Part shown: piece after piece, positions 53,936-63,395 of the stretch
Position numbering within the stretch: position 1 is the first letter of the stretch
How the letters are laid out: each line of letters begins with the position of its first letter
DNA from: Bacteroides sp. CAG:927
Lineage (GTDB): Bacteria > Bacillota > Clostridia > Oscillospirales > Oscillospiraceae
DNA: 64,000 bases
Assembly (NCBI GenBank): GCA_963660915.1
Contig: CAVLAO010000001.1
Coordinates: 83,664 to 147,663 of the forward strand
Reading direction: 5' to 3'
The notes under the pieces: model-generated
What the model saw: only the letters and a program-made list of their open reading frames with translations
Databases searched by the model: none
Told to the model about the DNA's origin: nothing
Program-made: the position numbers and the translations under genes

Positions 53936-56602
53936 TTATTGGCGCTGCTCCTTAATCGCAGCCTGTGCTGCTGCCAGACGCGCTACCGGCACGCGGAAGG
54001 GACTGCAGGAAACATAATCCAAACCAATCCGGTGGCAGAACTCCACGCTGGTGGCATCGCCGCCGTGCTCGCCGCAAATGCCCAGCTCCAACTCAGGCCG
54101 TGTCTTGCGTCCGTCCTCAGCCGCCATCTGCACCAGTCGTCCCACACCCTTGGTGTCCAGGTGCTGGAAGGGATCCGACTCGTAGATCTTATGGTCGTAA
54201 TATGCACCGAGGAACTTCGCCGCATCGTCCCGAGAGAAGCCGAAGGTCATCTGCGTCAGGTCGTTGGTGCCGAAGGAGAAGAACTGCGCTTCCTTGGCAA
54301 TTTCCCCTGCGGTCAGAGCAGCGCGGGGGATTTCAATCATTGTGCCCACCAGATACTTCATATCCAAACCGGAGGCCGCAATCAACTTATCTGCAGTGGC
54401 AACAATGACGTCCTTTACGAACTTCAGTTCCTTCACCTCGCCCACCAACGGAACCATGATATGGGGGGTAATCAGTTTTCCGGTCTCTTTGCTCACCTGA
54501 ACCGCGGCATTGATAACTGCGGTGGTCTGCATTTCCGCAATCTCCGGATAGGTAACTGCCAGACGGCATCCACGATGACCCATCATGGGGTTGAACTCAT
54601 GGAGCGACTCCACCACGTTGGTCAGCTCCTCTGCCGTCATACCCATGTCTGCGGCCAGCTCCGCAATGTCCTCCGCCTTGGTCGGCAGGAACTCATGCAG
54701 CGGCGGATCCAGATACCGGATGGTCATGGGACGATCGCCCATAATACGATACATGGCTACAAAGTCCTGCTCCTGATAGGGCTCTACCTTTGCCAGTGCC
54801 GCTTTACGGGCTTCCACCGTGGTGGCGCAAATCATTTCCCGCACTGCCTTAATGCGATCTGCAGCAAAGAACATGTGCTCCGTGCGGCACAGGCCAATGC
54901 CTTCTGCGCCCATATCGATGGCGTTTTGCGCATCGGAAGGATTGTCTGCATTGGTCAAAACCTTCATCTGGCGGCGTGCATCGGCCCAACCCATAAACTT
55001 CTTCAGGTTGGGGTTTTCTGTAGCAGAAACCGTCTTGATAATGCAGCCATAGATATTGCCGGTAGATCCGTCAATGCTGATCCAATCGCCTTCGTGGAAG
55101 GTATGGCCGTTGATGGTGAACTCCTTGGCATCATAGTCAATCACAACCGTGTTCTCATTGCCGCAGCCGGACACACAGCAGGTACCCATACCACGGGCCA
55201 CAACCGCCGCATGGCTAGTCATACCGCCCCGCACGGTCAGAATGCCCTGACTGACCTGCATACCAACAATGTCCTCCGGAGAGGTTTCCAGACGGCACAA
55301 CACCACCTTGGGCATCTCGCCGGACTTCACCTTTTCTTCTGCATCCTCTGCCGAAAACACAATCTGTCCGCAGGCAGAACCGGGAGAGGCGGCCAATCCC
55401 TTGCCGATCACCTCAGCGGCCGCCAACGCCTTTTCATCAAACTGGGGATGCAGCAGAGTGTCCAACTGCTTTGGTTCCACCCGAAGCACGGCCTCAGTTT
55501 CATCGATCATTCCTTCGTTGACCAGATCAATGGCAATCTGCAACGCCGCCTGCGCCGTGCGTTTGCCGTTGCGGGTCTGGAGCATGTAGAGCTTTCCGTC
55601 CTCAATGGTAAACTCCATGTCCTGCATGTCTTTGAAATAAGTCTCCAGTCGCGTTGCAATGGAAACAAACTCCTCATACACCTCCGGCATCTCTTCCTGC
55701 AGCTTGCGGATCGGGGAGGGCGTACGCACACCGGCAACCACATCCTCGCCCTGAGCATTGATCAGGTACTCACCCATTAATCCCTTTGCGCCGGTTGCAG
55801 GGTCCCGGGTGAATGCCACGCCGGTGCCACTCTTGGGTCCGGAGTTGCCGAAGGCCATCTGCTGCACGTTGACCGCAGTGCCCCACTCATAAGGAATCTC
55901 GTTCATCTTGCGGTAAACATTGGCGCGGGGATTATCCCAACTGCGGAACACTGCCATAACCGCACCGATCAGCTGCTCCTTCGGATCCTGGGGGAAGGGC
56001 TTGCCCTCGTTGTCTTCATAAATCTTTTTAAAGATGCCGACCAGTTCCTTCAGGTCATCCGCCGTCAGGTCAACGTCCTCTGTCACGCCCTTGGCTTCCT
56101 TCATTTTATCGATTTCTTCCTCGAACAGGCTCTTGGAAACCCCCATAACCACATCGGAATACATCTGAACAAACCGACGATAGGAGTCATAGGCAAAGCG
56201 CTCGTTGTTCGTCTTTTTTGCAAGGCCTTCTACCGCCTCATCGTTCAAACCCAGATTGAGGATGGTGTCCATCATGCCGGGCATGGACTGACGAGCACCG
56301 GAACGCACGGAAACCAACAGAGGATTGCTGATATCGCCAAATTTTTTCCCGGTGATTTCCTCCAGGCCCTTTACGTGGGCAAAAATATCCTCCACGATTT
56401 CGTCCGCAATGCGCCGGCCATCGGTGTAATACTGAGTGCAGGCTTCAGTAGTAATGGTAAAGCCCTGGGGAACCGGCATACCTGCAGCGGTCATTTCCGC
56501 CAGACCGGCACCCTTACCGCCAAGGATATTCTTCATAGTCACCTTGTCACCGGCAAACGCCTCAGAACCTTCGCTGAAATAGTAGATAAACTTCTTTTCC
56601 AT
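53936..56602 (-). CDS. ppdK: Pyruvate, phosphate dikinase
   Basis: I start at MEKKFIYYFSEG (ATG 56602, 10 nt after GAGGAGG). The ATG at 56611 abuts the RBS. ...LGGKGAGLAEM... and the phospho-His loop GGMTSHAAVVARGMG. About 888 aa. Confidence 0.96.
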   Translation of the reverse strand: MEKKFIYYFSEGSEAFAGDKVTMKNILGGKGAGLAEMTAAGMPVPQGFTITTEACTQYYTDGRRIADEIVEDIFAHVKGLEEITGKKFGDISNPLLVSVRSGARQSMPGMMDTILNLGLNDEAVEGLAKKTNNERFAYDSYRRFVQMYSDVVMGVSKSLFEEEIDKMKEAKGVTEDVDLTADDLKELVGIFKKIYEDNEGKPFPQDPKEQLIGAVMAVFRSWDNPRANVYRKMNEIPYEWGTAVNVQQMAFGNSGPKSGTGVAFTRDPATGAKGLMGEYLINAQGEDVVAGVRTPSPIRKLQEEMPEVYEEFVSIATRLETYFKDMQDMEFTIEDGKLYMLQTRNGKRTAQAALQIAIDLVNEGMIDETEAVLRVEPKQLDTLLHPQFDEKALAAAEVIGKGLAASPGSACGQIVFSAEDAEEKVKSGEMPKVVLCRLETSPEDIVGMQVSQGILTVRGGMTSHAAVVARGMGTCCVSGCGNENTVVIDYDAKEFTINGHTFHEGDWISIDGSTGNIYGCIIKTVSATENPNLKKFMGWADARRQMKVLTNADNPSDAQNAIDMGAEGIGLCRTEHMFFAADRIKAVREMICATTVEARKAALAKVEPYQEQDFVAMYRIMGDRPMTIRYLDPPLHEFLPTKAEDIAELAADMGMTAEELTNVVESLHEFNPMMGHRGCRLAVTYPEIAEMQTTAVINAAVQVSKETGKLITPHIMVPLVGEVKELKFVKDVIVATADKLIAASGLDMKYLVGTMIEIPRAALTAGEIAKEAQFFSFGTNDLTQMTFGFSRDDAAKFLGAYYDHKIYESDPFQHLDTKGVGRLVQMAAEDGRKTRPELELGICGEHGGDATSVEFCHRIGLDYVSCSPFRVPVARLAAAQAAIKEQRQ

Positions 56603-56713
56603 GGGATTCATTCCTCCTCACAGGTTACGCGCCGCCGTGCTTTTGCAGGATTTCTGTCAACTCAAACTTTTTATTGTGCGGCCCGCATAATGTTATATCT
56701 CTTGCACGACTGC

Positions 56714-56742
56714 ATTATATAACTATTTTGTGCGATATGCAA
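56714..56742 (-). promoter_or_regulatory. Sigma-70-type promoter of ppdK
   Basis: Minus strand: TTGCAT (56742-56737), 17 nt, TATAAT (56719-56714). It sits in an AT-rich region about 110 nt upstream of the start codon. Confidence 0.6.
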
Positions 56743-56887
56743 CAATATTTTATTGTTTTTGCGATTTTTTATTACATTTTTTAGATACTTGCTTAAAATT
56801 ATTTTATGAAATTCCTTTCTGAAAGTAGGTTGCAAAAAGCAGGATTTCATGCATTTTAAACTGTCCATTCAGTCAGTATTTATTCGC

Positions 56888-56917
56888 AAAAAAGGGCGGC
56901 AGGCGATTGCCTGCCGC
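56888..56917 (-). terminator. Intrinsic terminator of the MATE gene
   Basis: Minus-strand RNA: GCGGCAGGC / AAUC / GCCUGCCGC followed by CCUUUUUUG. Confidence 0.85.
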
Positions 56918-56946
56918 TCGATAGGTCACAATGTTCAATATTCGTT

Positions 56947-58332
56947 TTAATTCTGCTTTCCTTCCCGCTCCAACTGCCTCATATTCCGGAATTCACCCAA
57001 TGCCATCAGAATAGCCGCGAGCATAGCAAAGAAATCTGCAATCGGACCGGCATACAACAACCCGTCAAATCCGACGAACAACGGCAGAATCAGCATAAGC
57101 GGGATCAGGAAAATCACCTGCCGTGTTAGGGAGAGAAACACACCCTTCATTGGCTTTCCCAACGAAGTGAAAAACGTAGATGTAATCGGCTGCATAAAGT
57201 TTGCAAACGAAAAGAACAGGAAGATACGGAAAAACTTTACACCGCAGGCGAAATAAGCCTCGCTTCCCTCACCGAACAGCCCCAACAACTGCCTCGGAAA
57301 CAGCTGATACGCCAGAAAGGATACAACCCCAACCACAGCACCGGCACACAGCGCCATGCCATACGCTCGCCGCACCCGATCATAGTTTCGTGCCCCATAG
57401 TTAAAGCTCTCAATGGGCTGACTGCCCTGGCTGATACCGATGATAACGCTGAAACACAACTGGCTCACCTTCATAACAATGCCGCCCACTGCGATGGGGA
57501 TCGCCTCCCCATAGATGCTCAATGCTCCGTAATGCTTCAGGGAATTGTTCAGCACCACTTGCGTCACCAGCAGTGCCAACTGGTTAAAGCAGTTGCCTGT
57601 ACCGTTGGCAGACAGCTCTGCCAACGCAGACCACCGAACCTTCAGGTATTTTCTGCAGAGAGGAACGGTGCGGAAGCGGGTGGACAGATACCAGATGACC
57701 TGACAGCCGGAAAAAATCTGACCGATCACCGTTGCAATAGCCGCGCCGGCCATCCCCATTTGAAATCCCATCACCAGAATTGCATCCAACACGGTGTTGA
57801 TAATAGCGCCGGAAAGAGAGCAAATCATAGTCATACGGGGATTCCCATCCGCCCGAATCAGGTGGCCGCCGCCGGTGGTAAGCACCAGAAACGGGAATCC
57901 GAAGGCGGTTATGCGCACATAGGTCACCGCATAGGGCAGTACATCTTCCGGTGATCCAAAGGCATGCAGCAGCGGTGTTAAAAACAGCTGCGTCACAAGG
58001 CACAGAATCAAGCCGCCGGCAAACAGCGCCACAGCTGCTGCGCCGATATAATAGGGTGCTCGCTCCTTTTGTCCCCGTCCCATGGCCAGATTGAACGCAG
58101 AAGCGCCGCCGATTCCAAACAGCAGCGCCATGGCCACGCAGCAGGTCGTCAGAGGAAACGCCACATTGGTGGCGGCATTTCCCAGTGTGCCCACAGTCTG
58201 ACCGATAAACAGCTGGTCCACAATGTTATAAATAGATCCCACCAGCATTGCAACTACACTCGGCACAGCAAACTTTACCATCAGCCCGCCGATCGGATCC
58301 GCTCCAAGGGGATTGATCTTACATTCTTCCAC
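56947..58332 (-). CDS. MATE-family efflux transporter
   Basis: 461 aa with a GTG start and a GGAGGG RBS 8 nt upstream. ...LMVKFAVPSVVAMLVGSIYNIVDQLFIGQ.VG..GNAA..VAFP... 12 TM helices. Confidence 0.9.
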   Translation of the reverse strand: MEECKINPLGADPIGGLMVKFAVPSVVAMLVGSIYNIVDQLFIGQTVGTLGNAATNVAFPLTTCCVAMALLFGIGGASAFNLAMGRGQKERAPYYIGAAAVALFAGGLILCLVTQLFLTPLLHAFGSPEDVLPYAVTYVRITAFGFPFLVLTTGGGHLIRADGNPRMTMICSLSGAIINTVLDAILVMGFQMGMAGAAIATVIGQIFSGCQVIWYLSTRFRTVPLCRKYLKVRWSALAELSANGTGNCFNQLALLVTQVVLNNSLKHYGALSIYGEAIPIAVGGIVMKVSQLCFSVIIGISQGSQPIESFNYGARNYDRVRRAYGMALCAGAVVGVVSFLAYQLFPRQLLGLFGEGSEAYFACGVKFFRIFLFFSFANFMQPITSTFFTSLGKPMKGVFLSLTRQVIFLIPLMLILPLFVGFDGLLYAGPIADFFAMLAAILMALGEFRNMRQLEREGKQN

Positions 58333-58519
58333 CGACAGTTCCCTCCATAAGCTCCTCTGCCTGAATTATTTCCAAAACCATGGAAACCAAGGCAGTTATT
58401 TCTCTTTCCACCTCATTATATAATAAAAATATGATCCGATCACAGGGACGATTTTTCCATAAAATAATCGAATCTATGAAATCTATTTGTACTATCTGCT
58501 TGATCCGCTGCATTTACCG

Positions 58520-58549
58520 TTGACTAACCTGCCAAACAGCTGATACAAT
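58520..58549 (+). promoter_or_regulatory. Sigma-70-type promoter of the Mn riboswitch-mntP unit
   Basis: TTGACT (58520-58525), 18 nt, TGaTACAAT (extended -10, 58541-58549). Confidence 0.65.
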
Positions 58550-58565
58550 CCGTTTATTATAAAAT

Positions 58566-58676
58566 TCACTTTCCTTTGGGGGAGTAGCGGGCGCATCAAA
58601 TTACGGTGCGTGGATAAGTCAACATACTGACCCGCCAACGGTCTGGTTTATCCGTAATCGCAAGACTCAGGGAGCG
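58566..58676 (+). promoter_or_regulatory. yybP-ykoY (manganese) riboswitch
   Basis: Contains the conserved GGGGAGUAGC (58578-), GUCAACAUAC (58608-) and GCAAGAC (58659-) elements in the canonical order, upstream of an mntP gene. The boundaries are approximate. Confidence 0.8.
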
Positions 58677-58709
58677 CAGTCTTGGTGCGCCTGGAGTCTT
58701 TTTCCTTTG
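58662..58709 (+). terminator. First terminator/expression-platform hairpin of the Mn riboswitch
   Basis: AAGACUC...GCGCA-loop-UGCGC...GAGUCUU followed by UUUUCCUUU. Its 5' arm overlaps the 3' conserved strand of the aptamer. Confidence 0.6.
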
Positions 58710-58716
58710 CTATGCA

Positions 58717-58751
58717 GCGACTCAGCCACCGGCTGAGTCGCTTTCGATTTT
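58717..58751 (+). terminator. Second intrinsic terminator between the riboswitch and mntP
   Basis: GCGACTCAGCC / ACC / GGCTGAGTCGC followed by TTTCGATTTT. Confidence 0.7.
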
Positions 58752-58784
58752 CGGGCTGCGCAAAGGAAGAAAGGATGGATTAAA

Positions 58785-59399
58785 ATGAATTGGAATCTTC
58801 TCTTTTTTGTCAACAGTGCTCTGTTGGGCGTTGGTTTGGCTATGGACGCCTTCTCCGTCTCGGTGGCCGGGGGACTGCAGTGTCCCCATATGCCGCTTAG
58901 CGAAAGCAGCACCCGCGCCGGAACCTTCGGCTTCTTTCAGTTTGCCATGCCCATGATCGGCTGGCTTTGCATTCACACCATCGCCGTGCGCTTTGCCGCG
59001 TTTCAGAAGTGGATTCCCTGGATTGCTCTGGCTTTGCTGGGATACATCGGCGGCAAAATGCTGTGGGAGGGATTCCATCCGGGCAAGGAGGAAGAAAACG
59101 CTGCCTCTGCAGAGCCTTCCATTGAAAAATCCAATGGCATTGCCTGGGGCGTTCTGCTGGCTCAGGGCGTCGCCACCTCGATTGATGCCCTCAGTGTTGG
59201 CTTTACCATCGCAGACTACTCCCTTTTGATGGCAACGGTATGTTCTCTTGTGATTGCCGTAGTAACCTTCTTCATCTGTCTGGCCGGATTTCGGTTAGGT
59301 AAAACCATCGGCAGTCATCTGGGCGGAAAAGCGGAAATTCTTGGCGGTGCCATTCTTATATTCATCGGTTTGGAAATTTGGGTCAAAGGTGTGTTTTAA
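58785..59399 (+). CDS. mntP: Manganese efflux pump MntP
   Basis: 204 aa. ...LGVGLAMDAFSVSVAGG... and the repeated ...SIDALSVGF... motif. Six TM helices, downstream of the Mn riboswitch. Confidence 0.9.
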   Translation: MNWNLLFFVNSALLGVGLAMDAFSVSVAGGLQCPHMPLSESSTRAGTFGFFQFAMPMIGWLCIHTIAVRFAAFQKWIPWIALALLGYIGGKMLWEGFHPGKEEENAASAEPSIEKSNGIAWGVLLAQGVATSIDALSVGFTIADYSLLMATVCSLVIAVVTFFICLAGFRLGKTIGSHLGGKAEILGGAILIFIGLEIWVKGVF

Positions 59400-59475
59400 A
59401 TTTTCAGAACATTGTGATATAATGTTCGTCTAGCACTTCCTTAAGGGAAAGTGATATTCTGAAAAGGAGCTTTCC

Positions 59476-60270
59476 ATGGACAAACGCGCATTACTTGATC
59501 GGCACGCCGCAGACAGCGAAGAACGGCTGACCCTCTCCCGCGTGTTGGATAAAGCGGAAGCCGCTCAGCGGCACCAGAATCCGGAGAGCACGGTGTTTCT
59601 CTCCCCGCGGGAACGCATCGCTGCTGAACAACTGCTCCACGCTGCCAACACCGGGGCATATTCCCCTGTCGGCGGTTATGATGGTGCAGAACGGCAGCTG
59701 TTGGTGTTTTGTCCCGACTGGCTGGAACCGGAATTTCTTCCCGTTTCCGACTATATCACCCTGCTTCGCTGCCGCTGGTTTCACGAGGACAGTGCCCCTT
59801 CCCATCGGGACCTGTTGGGCTCTTTAATGGGTATGGGTATCCGGCGAGACACCGTGGGAGATATTCTTGTAGGATCTGACAGTGCCGATCTTCTGGTACT
59901 GCCTTTCATTGCCCCATTTTTGCGGGACAACCTTACCTCCGCCGGAAGGATTCGACTCCACGTGGAGGAAATCCCTCTTCAGGAGATCCATATTCCGAAG
60001 CAGGAACGAAAAATACTTCACGACACGGTGGCCGCCCTGCGGCTGGACAGTGTTCTCGCCTGCGGCTTCTCCATCAGCCGCAGCAAAGCCTCCCAGTTCA
60101 TTGCCTCCGGACGGGTCGCCGTCAACTGGCAGGACACAGGGAAAAGCGACTTTTCTGTAAAGGTCGGCGACGTACTGTCCTGCCGCGGTTTAGGTAAATG
60201 CCGCCTGACCGAAGTAGGCGGATTGAGCCGAAAAGGACGCATCAATATTACCATGGAGCGCTATTTATAA
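59476..60270 (+). CDS. ylmH: YlmH-like RNA-binding protein (S4 domain)
   Basis: 264 aa with an AAGGAG RBS. ...TVFLSPRE... and a C-terminal S4 domain ...LRLDSVLACGFSISRSKASQFIASGRVAVNWQ... Confidence 0.8.
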   Translation: MDKRALLDRHAADSEERLTLSRVLDKAEAAQRHQNPESTVFLSPRERIAAEQLLHAANTGAYSPVGGYDGAERQLLVFCPDWLEPEFLPVSDYITLLRCRWFHEDSAPSHRDLLGSLMGMGIRRDTVGDILVGSDSADLLVLPFIAPFLRDNLTSAGRIRLHVEEIPLQEIHIPKQERKILHDTVAALRLDSVLACGFSISRSKASQFIASGRVAVNWQDTGKSDFSVKVGDVLSCRGLGKCRLTEVGGLSRKGRINITMERYL

Positions 60271-60296
60271 ATCTCCTCTGAAAGGAACCGGAACCT

Positions 60297-60509
60297 ATGA
60301 CACAGGAAGAACGAGTAAAACGAATCAATGCACTGGCGGCAAAAGCCAAGACGGGCCCGCTCTCCCCGGAGGAAGCCGCTGAGCGGCAACAACTGCGGCA
60401 GGACTATCTGGCTGACTTCCGCGCCTCCCTGCATCAGCAGCTGAACAACACCTATATTGTGACGCCGGATGGAAAAAAACGAAAGCTGGAGCGAAAAGGA
60501 AAGAAGTAA
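60297..60509 (+). CDS. DUF896 (UPF0291, YnzC-like) small protein
   Basis: 70 aa. MTQEERVKRINALAAKAKTGPLSPEEAAERQQLRQDYLADFRASL... Confidence 0.85.
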   Translation: MTQEERVKRINALAAKAKTGPLSPEEAAERQQLRQDYLADFRASLHQQLNNTYIVTPDGKKRKLERKGKK

Positions 60510-60657
60510 AGCTTTCTTTTCGCTTCAAATATTTACAAATGAAAACAGATTTTAAAACTTCATTAAACCCTTGCTTTTTCCCCTTTCATCCCGGATAATA
60601 GGGGCAAGGGTATACAAACGTAATATGCCGCAAACTGCGGCGAGGAGGACAAGAAGA

Positions 60658-63018
60658 ATGACAAAGAAAAAGCTTACAGCAGTCATTGCCGCATGCGCGG
60701 TCATTGTTGTTGTGCTGGCGGTCATCCTGATCTCCATGCTCACCAAAGGAGATTCAAATACAGCAGAACCGGATGCGCAATTCCTTGCAGGCACCACAAT
60801 CAATGGGCAGGATGTCTCCGGTTTGACCGCAGAGCAGGCCAAGGAAGCTTTGGCCAAGGTACCGGACACTTACACCTTCACCCTTACCATGGGCGAGAAG
60901 GTCTACCGGGTCACCGGTTCAGAGCTGAAGCTCACATACAATGAGCAGACGGATCTCTCTGCCCTGCTGGCTCAGCAGGAAAAGGATTCCACTCAGACTG
61001 CTTTCACCGTGGAAAACCTCTACACCTCTGATCTTACCGCTTTGAAAGATCAGGTCACCGCAGATTTCGGCAGCACAACCGCCGCTGCGGAAACTGCCGC
61101 CGAGGGAGATGCAGCCGCCAGCGCAGCCGCTTCCCAGTCTGCGGAGGGAGAAGACGCTGCGCTTGCACCCACAGAGGATCCCAACGCAGCAAAAAATGCC
61201 TATCTGAAATATGATGAAACTCAGCAGTTGTTCACCATCGTTCCGGATGAACCCGGCACAAAGGTGGACACCGACAAAGTCATGGAGCAGGTGCAAACAG
61301 CAGTAACCGCCCTGTCCGCCGAGCTGACACTGGACATGACCCAGTTTGCTCAGCAGGCAGAGGTCAAAGCCGACAGCGAGGCGCTGAAAGCCGCTTTGGA
61401 GGACGCCAACTCCCGTCTGGATATGAAACTGAGCTACACCTTCACTCCCGACGGCGGAAGCACTTCCACCGTTACCATCGATCGCGCCACCCTCGGCAGT
61501 TTCTTCTGCGCCAGTGCCGACGGCCAGAGTGTGGAAGTAGACGAGGAAGTGCTGGGCAATTATGTTGCCGAACTGGTCAGCAAATACAGCGTGGCCGGCA
61601 AATCCTCTCCCTTTAAAACCACCGGCGGCGGCACCATCAATATCAATATGGCAACCGCAGGACAGAGCGTAGACAGTGAAAAGCTGTACAACGACATGCT
61701 GGAGTGCCTGAAGAACAAAACCAGCGGCACCCGTACCGCTCCCTATTCCACCAAGAGCGACGACTCCTCCGGTTATTGGGGCGGAAACTACGTGGAGATC
61801 GACCAGACCAGTCAGCACCTGTGGCTGTACAAAAACGGCAAGGTGATCGTCTCCTGCGACATCGTCAGCGGCAATGTCGCCAACAACACCCGTACTCCCA
61901 ACGGCTGTTTTACTATCTTTGCGAAAAACACCAACCGCTATCTTCAGGGCACCAACTTTGACGGCACTCGTTATAAATCCTGGGTTAGCTATTTCATGCC
62001 CTTCTCCGGCGGCTGCGGCATCCACGATGCCACCTGGCGCAGCATCTTCGGCGGAACAGAATACTACTACAACGGAAGCCACGGCTGCGTTGGCGTCACT
62101 TTGAGCAATGCCAAGACGATCTATAACAACGTCAGCGTCGGCACCCATGTGGTCGTTTACGGCGGCATTTCCAAGTCTGAACTTCCTTCTCAGGAGCCAC
62201 CGATCAGCACGCCTTATACAGAGGTTACCATCGCCGTCGGCGAGAGCAAAAACCTGCAGTTCACCACTTCCTCCAACGGTCTGAAAAAGTGGTCTCGCAG
62301 CAATGACAACGTTTCCTTTGACGACAACGTGGTCACCGGTCTGCAGGTAGGCGACACGATTGTTGCTCTGTATGTTAACGCATCCGGTCAGTATAACGCC
62401 GGTCAAAAGGAAGTTCTCGTCCACGTGGTGGAGAAGAGCGCCTCAGACCAGAGTGCCAGTGCCTCCATCGGAACCAATAGTCTGACCGTGGGCGACACCA
62501 CCACAATCAGCGTCAGCGGCAACCAGACCAGCGCCAGCTTCTCCAGCAGCGACAGTTCCGTTGCCTCTGTGGACGGTAGCGGCAACGTCACCGCTGTGGG
62601 CGCAGGCAGCGCTACCATCACCGTTACCTGCCCGGGCAACGACAGTTGGAATGCCTGGAGCAAGAGCTTCTCCGTAAGTGTTTCTGCCAAGGCACCGGAG
62701 CAGAAGGACCAGAGCATCTCCGCCAGCGCACCTTCTCATATGACCGAAGGCACTTCCGCCTCCATCAGTGTCAGCGGCGCTCATACCGCGCTCAACTTCA
62801 GCTCCAGTAATTCTTCTGTTGTGACGGTCGACGGAAGCGGCAACATCACCGCCGTCGGCGCAGGCAGCGCAACCATCACCATCACCTGTGACGAAACATC
62901 CGAATGGAAGGGTGCCTCCACCACCTGCACCATCACGGTTCAGCCCAAAGAAGATCCTCAGCCTACCCCAGGCTCTGGTTCTTCCTCCCGCATCTCTTCC
63001 GTCTCGGTCGGCGAATAA
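60658..63018 (+). CDS. Membrane-anchored L,D-transpeptidase (YkuD domain) with N-terminal scaffold and C-terminal Ig-like (Big_2-type) repeats
   Basis: I start at MTKKKLTAVIAACAVIVVVLAVILI (ATG 60658, GAGGAGG RBS). The YkuD catalytic region is ...HLWLYKNGKVIV...GIHDATW...GSHGCVGV... There are two roughly 50-aa repeats ending ...DGSGN(V/I)TAVGAGSATIT(V/I)TC. Confidence 0.85.
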   Translation: MTKKKLTAVIAACAVIVVVLAVILISMLTKGDSNTAEPDAQFLAGTTINGQDVSGLTAEQAKEALAKVPDTYTFTLTMGEKVYRVTGSELKLTYNEQTDLSALLAQQEKDSTQTAFTVENLYTSDLTALKDQVTADFGSTTAAAETAAEGDAAASAAASQSAEGEDAALAPTEDPNAAKNAYLKYDETQQLFTIVPDEPGTKVDTDKVMEQVQTAVTALSAELTLDMTQFAQQAEVKADSEALKAALEDANSRLDMKLSYTFTPDGGSTSTVTIDRATLGSFFCASADGQSVEVDEEVLGNYVAELVSKYSVAGKSSPFKTTGGGTININMATAGQSVDSEKLYNDMLECLKNKTSGTRTAPYSTKSDDSSGYWGGNYVEIDQTSQHLWLYKNGKVIVSCDIVSGNVANNTRTPNGCFTIFAKNTNRYLQGTNFDGTRYKSWVSYFMPFSGGCGIHDATWRSIFGGTEYYYNGSHGCVGVTLSNAKTIYNNVSVGTHVVVYGGISKSELPSQEPPISTPYTEVTIAVGESKNLQFTTSSNGLKKWSRSNDNVSFDDNVVTGLQVGDTIVALYVNASGQYNAGQKEVLVHVVEKSASDQSASASIGTNSLTVGDTTTISVSGNQTSASFSSSDSSVASVDGSGNVTAVGAGSATITVTCPGNDSWNAWSKSFSVSVSAKAPEQKDQSISASAPSHMTEGTSASISVSGAHTALNFSSSNSSVVTVDGSGNITAVGAGSATITITCDETSEWKGASTTCTITVQPKEDPQPTPGSGSSSRISSVSVGE

Positions 63019-63037
63019 TCCTAACTTCATGAAAAAG

Positions 63038-63071
63038 AGAGGGACTGCTACAGAATTGCGGCAGTCCCTCT
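63038..63071. terminator. Hairpin between the convergent ldt and 92-aa genes
   Basis: AGAGGGACTGC / 12-nt loop / GCAGTCCCTCT. The A-run on its left supplies a U-tract for the minus-strand transcript; the U-tract on the plus strand is weak. Confidence 0.6.
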
Positions 63072-63116
63072 TCATATTACGGCCTGTTTTACTTACTCAT
63101 AATACTGTCTTGTATC

Positions 63117-63395
63117 TTAGTAATCTACCCATTCAATGTTTTGTTCGACTTGCCAAAAGGTTTTTCCATCAAACAACGGTTCTTTCAGAAATGCATCCAG
63201 GCTCTCCTGTCGACTAAGTCCTTCCACATACCAAAGTAGATCTCCTATTGGTTCCCACTGTTGCAATTCAAAGCGGTATAGACCATTTTCGAGAATATAT
63301 CCTTGTGAAAAATACTTTTTCCCATTGTATGTGTAAATCAATTCTTCACCATCCCATAGTTTATCAACAAACTCTCTGATGCTGCCGTTAATCAT
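63117..63395 (-). CDS. Hypothetical 92-aa protein (AT-rich element)
   Basis: MINGSIREFVDKLWDGEELIYTYNGKKYF...DGKTFWQVEQNIEWVDY. AGAGGGGTG RBS. Its ATG directly abuts the stop codon of the upstream gene. Confidence 0.6.
   Translation of the reverse strand: MINGSIREFVDKLWDGEELIYTYNGKKYFSQGYILENGLYRFELQQWEPIGDLLWYVEGLSRQESLDAFLKEPLFDGKTFWQVEQNIEWVDY

Noticed and set aside
53939-55780. 613-aa plus-strand ORF
   Set aside because: It is antisense to ppdK.
60919-63075. 501-aa and 210-aa minus-strand ORFs
   Set aside because: They are antisense to the L,D-transpeptidase gene.
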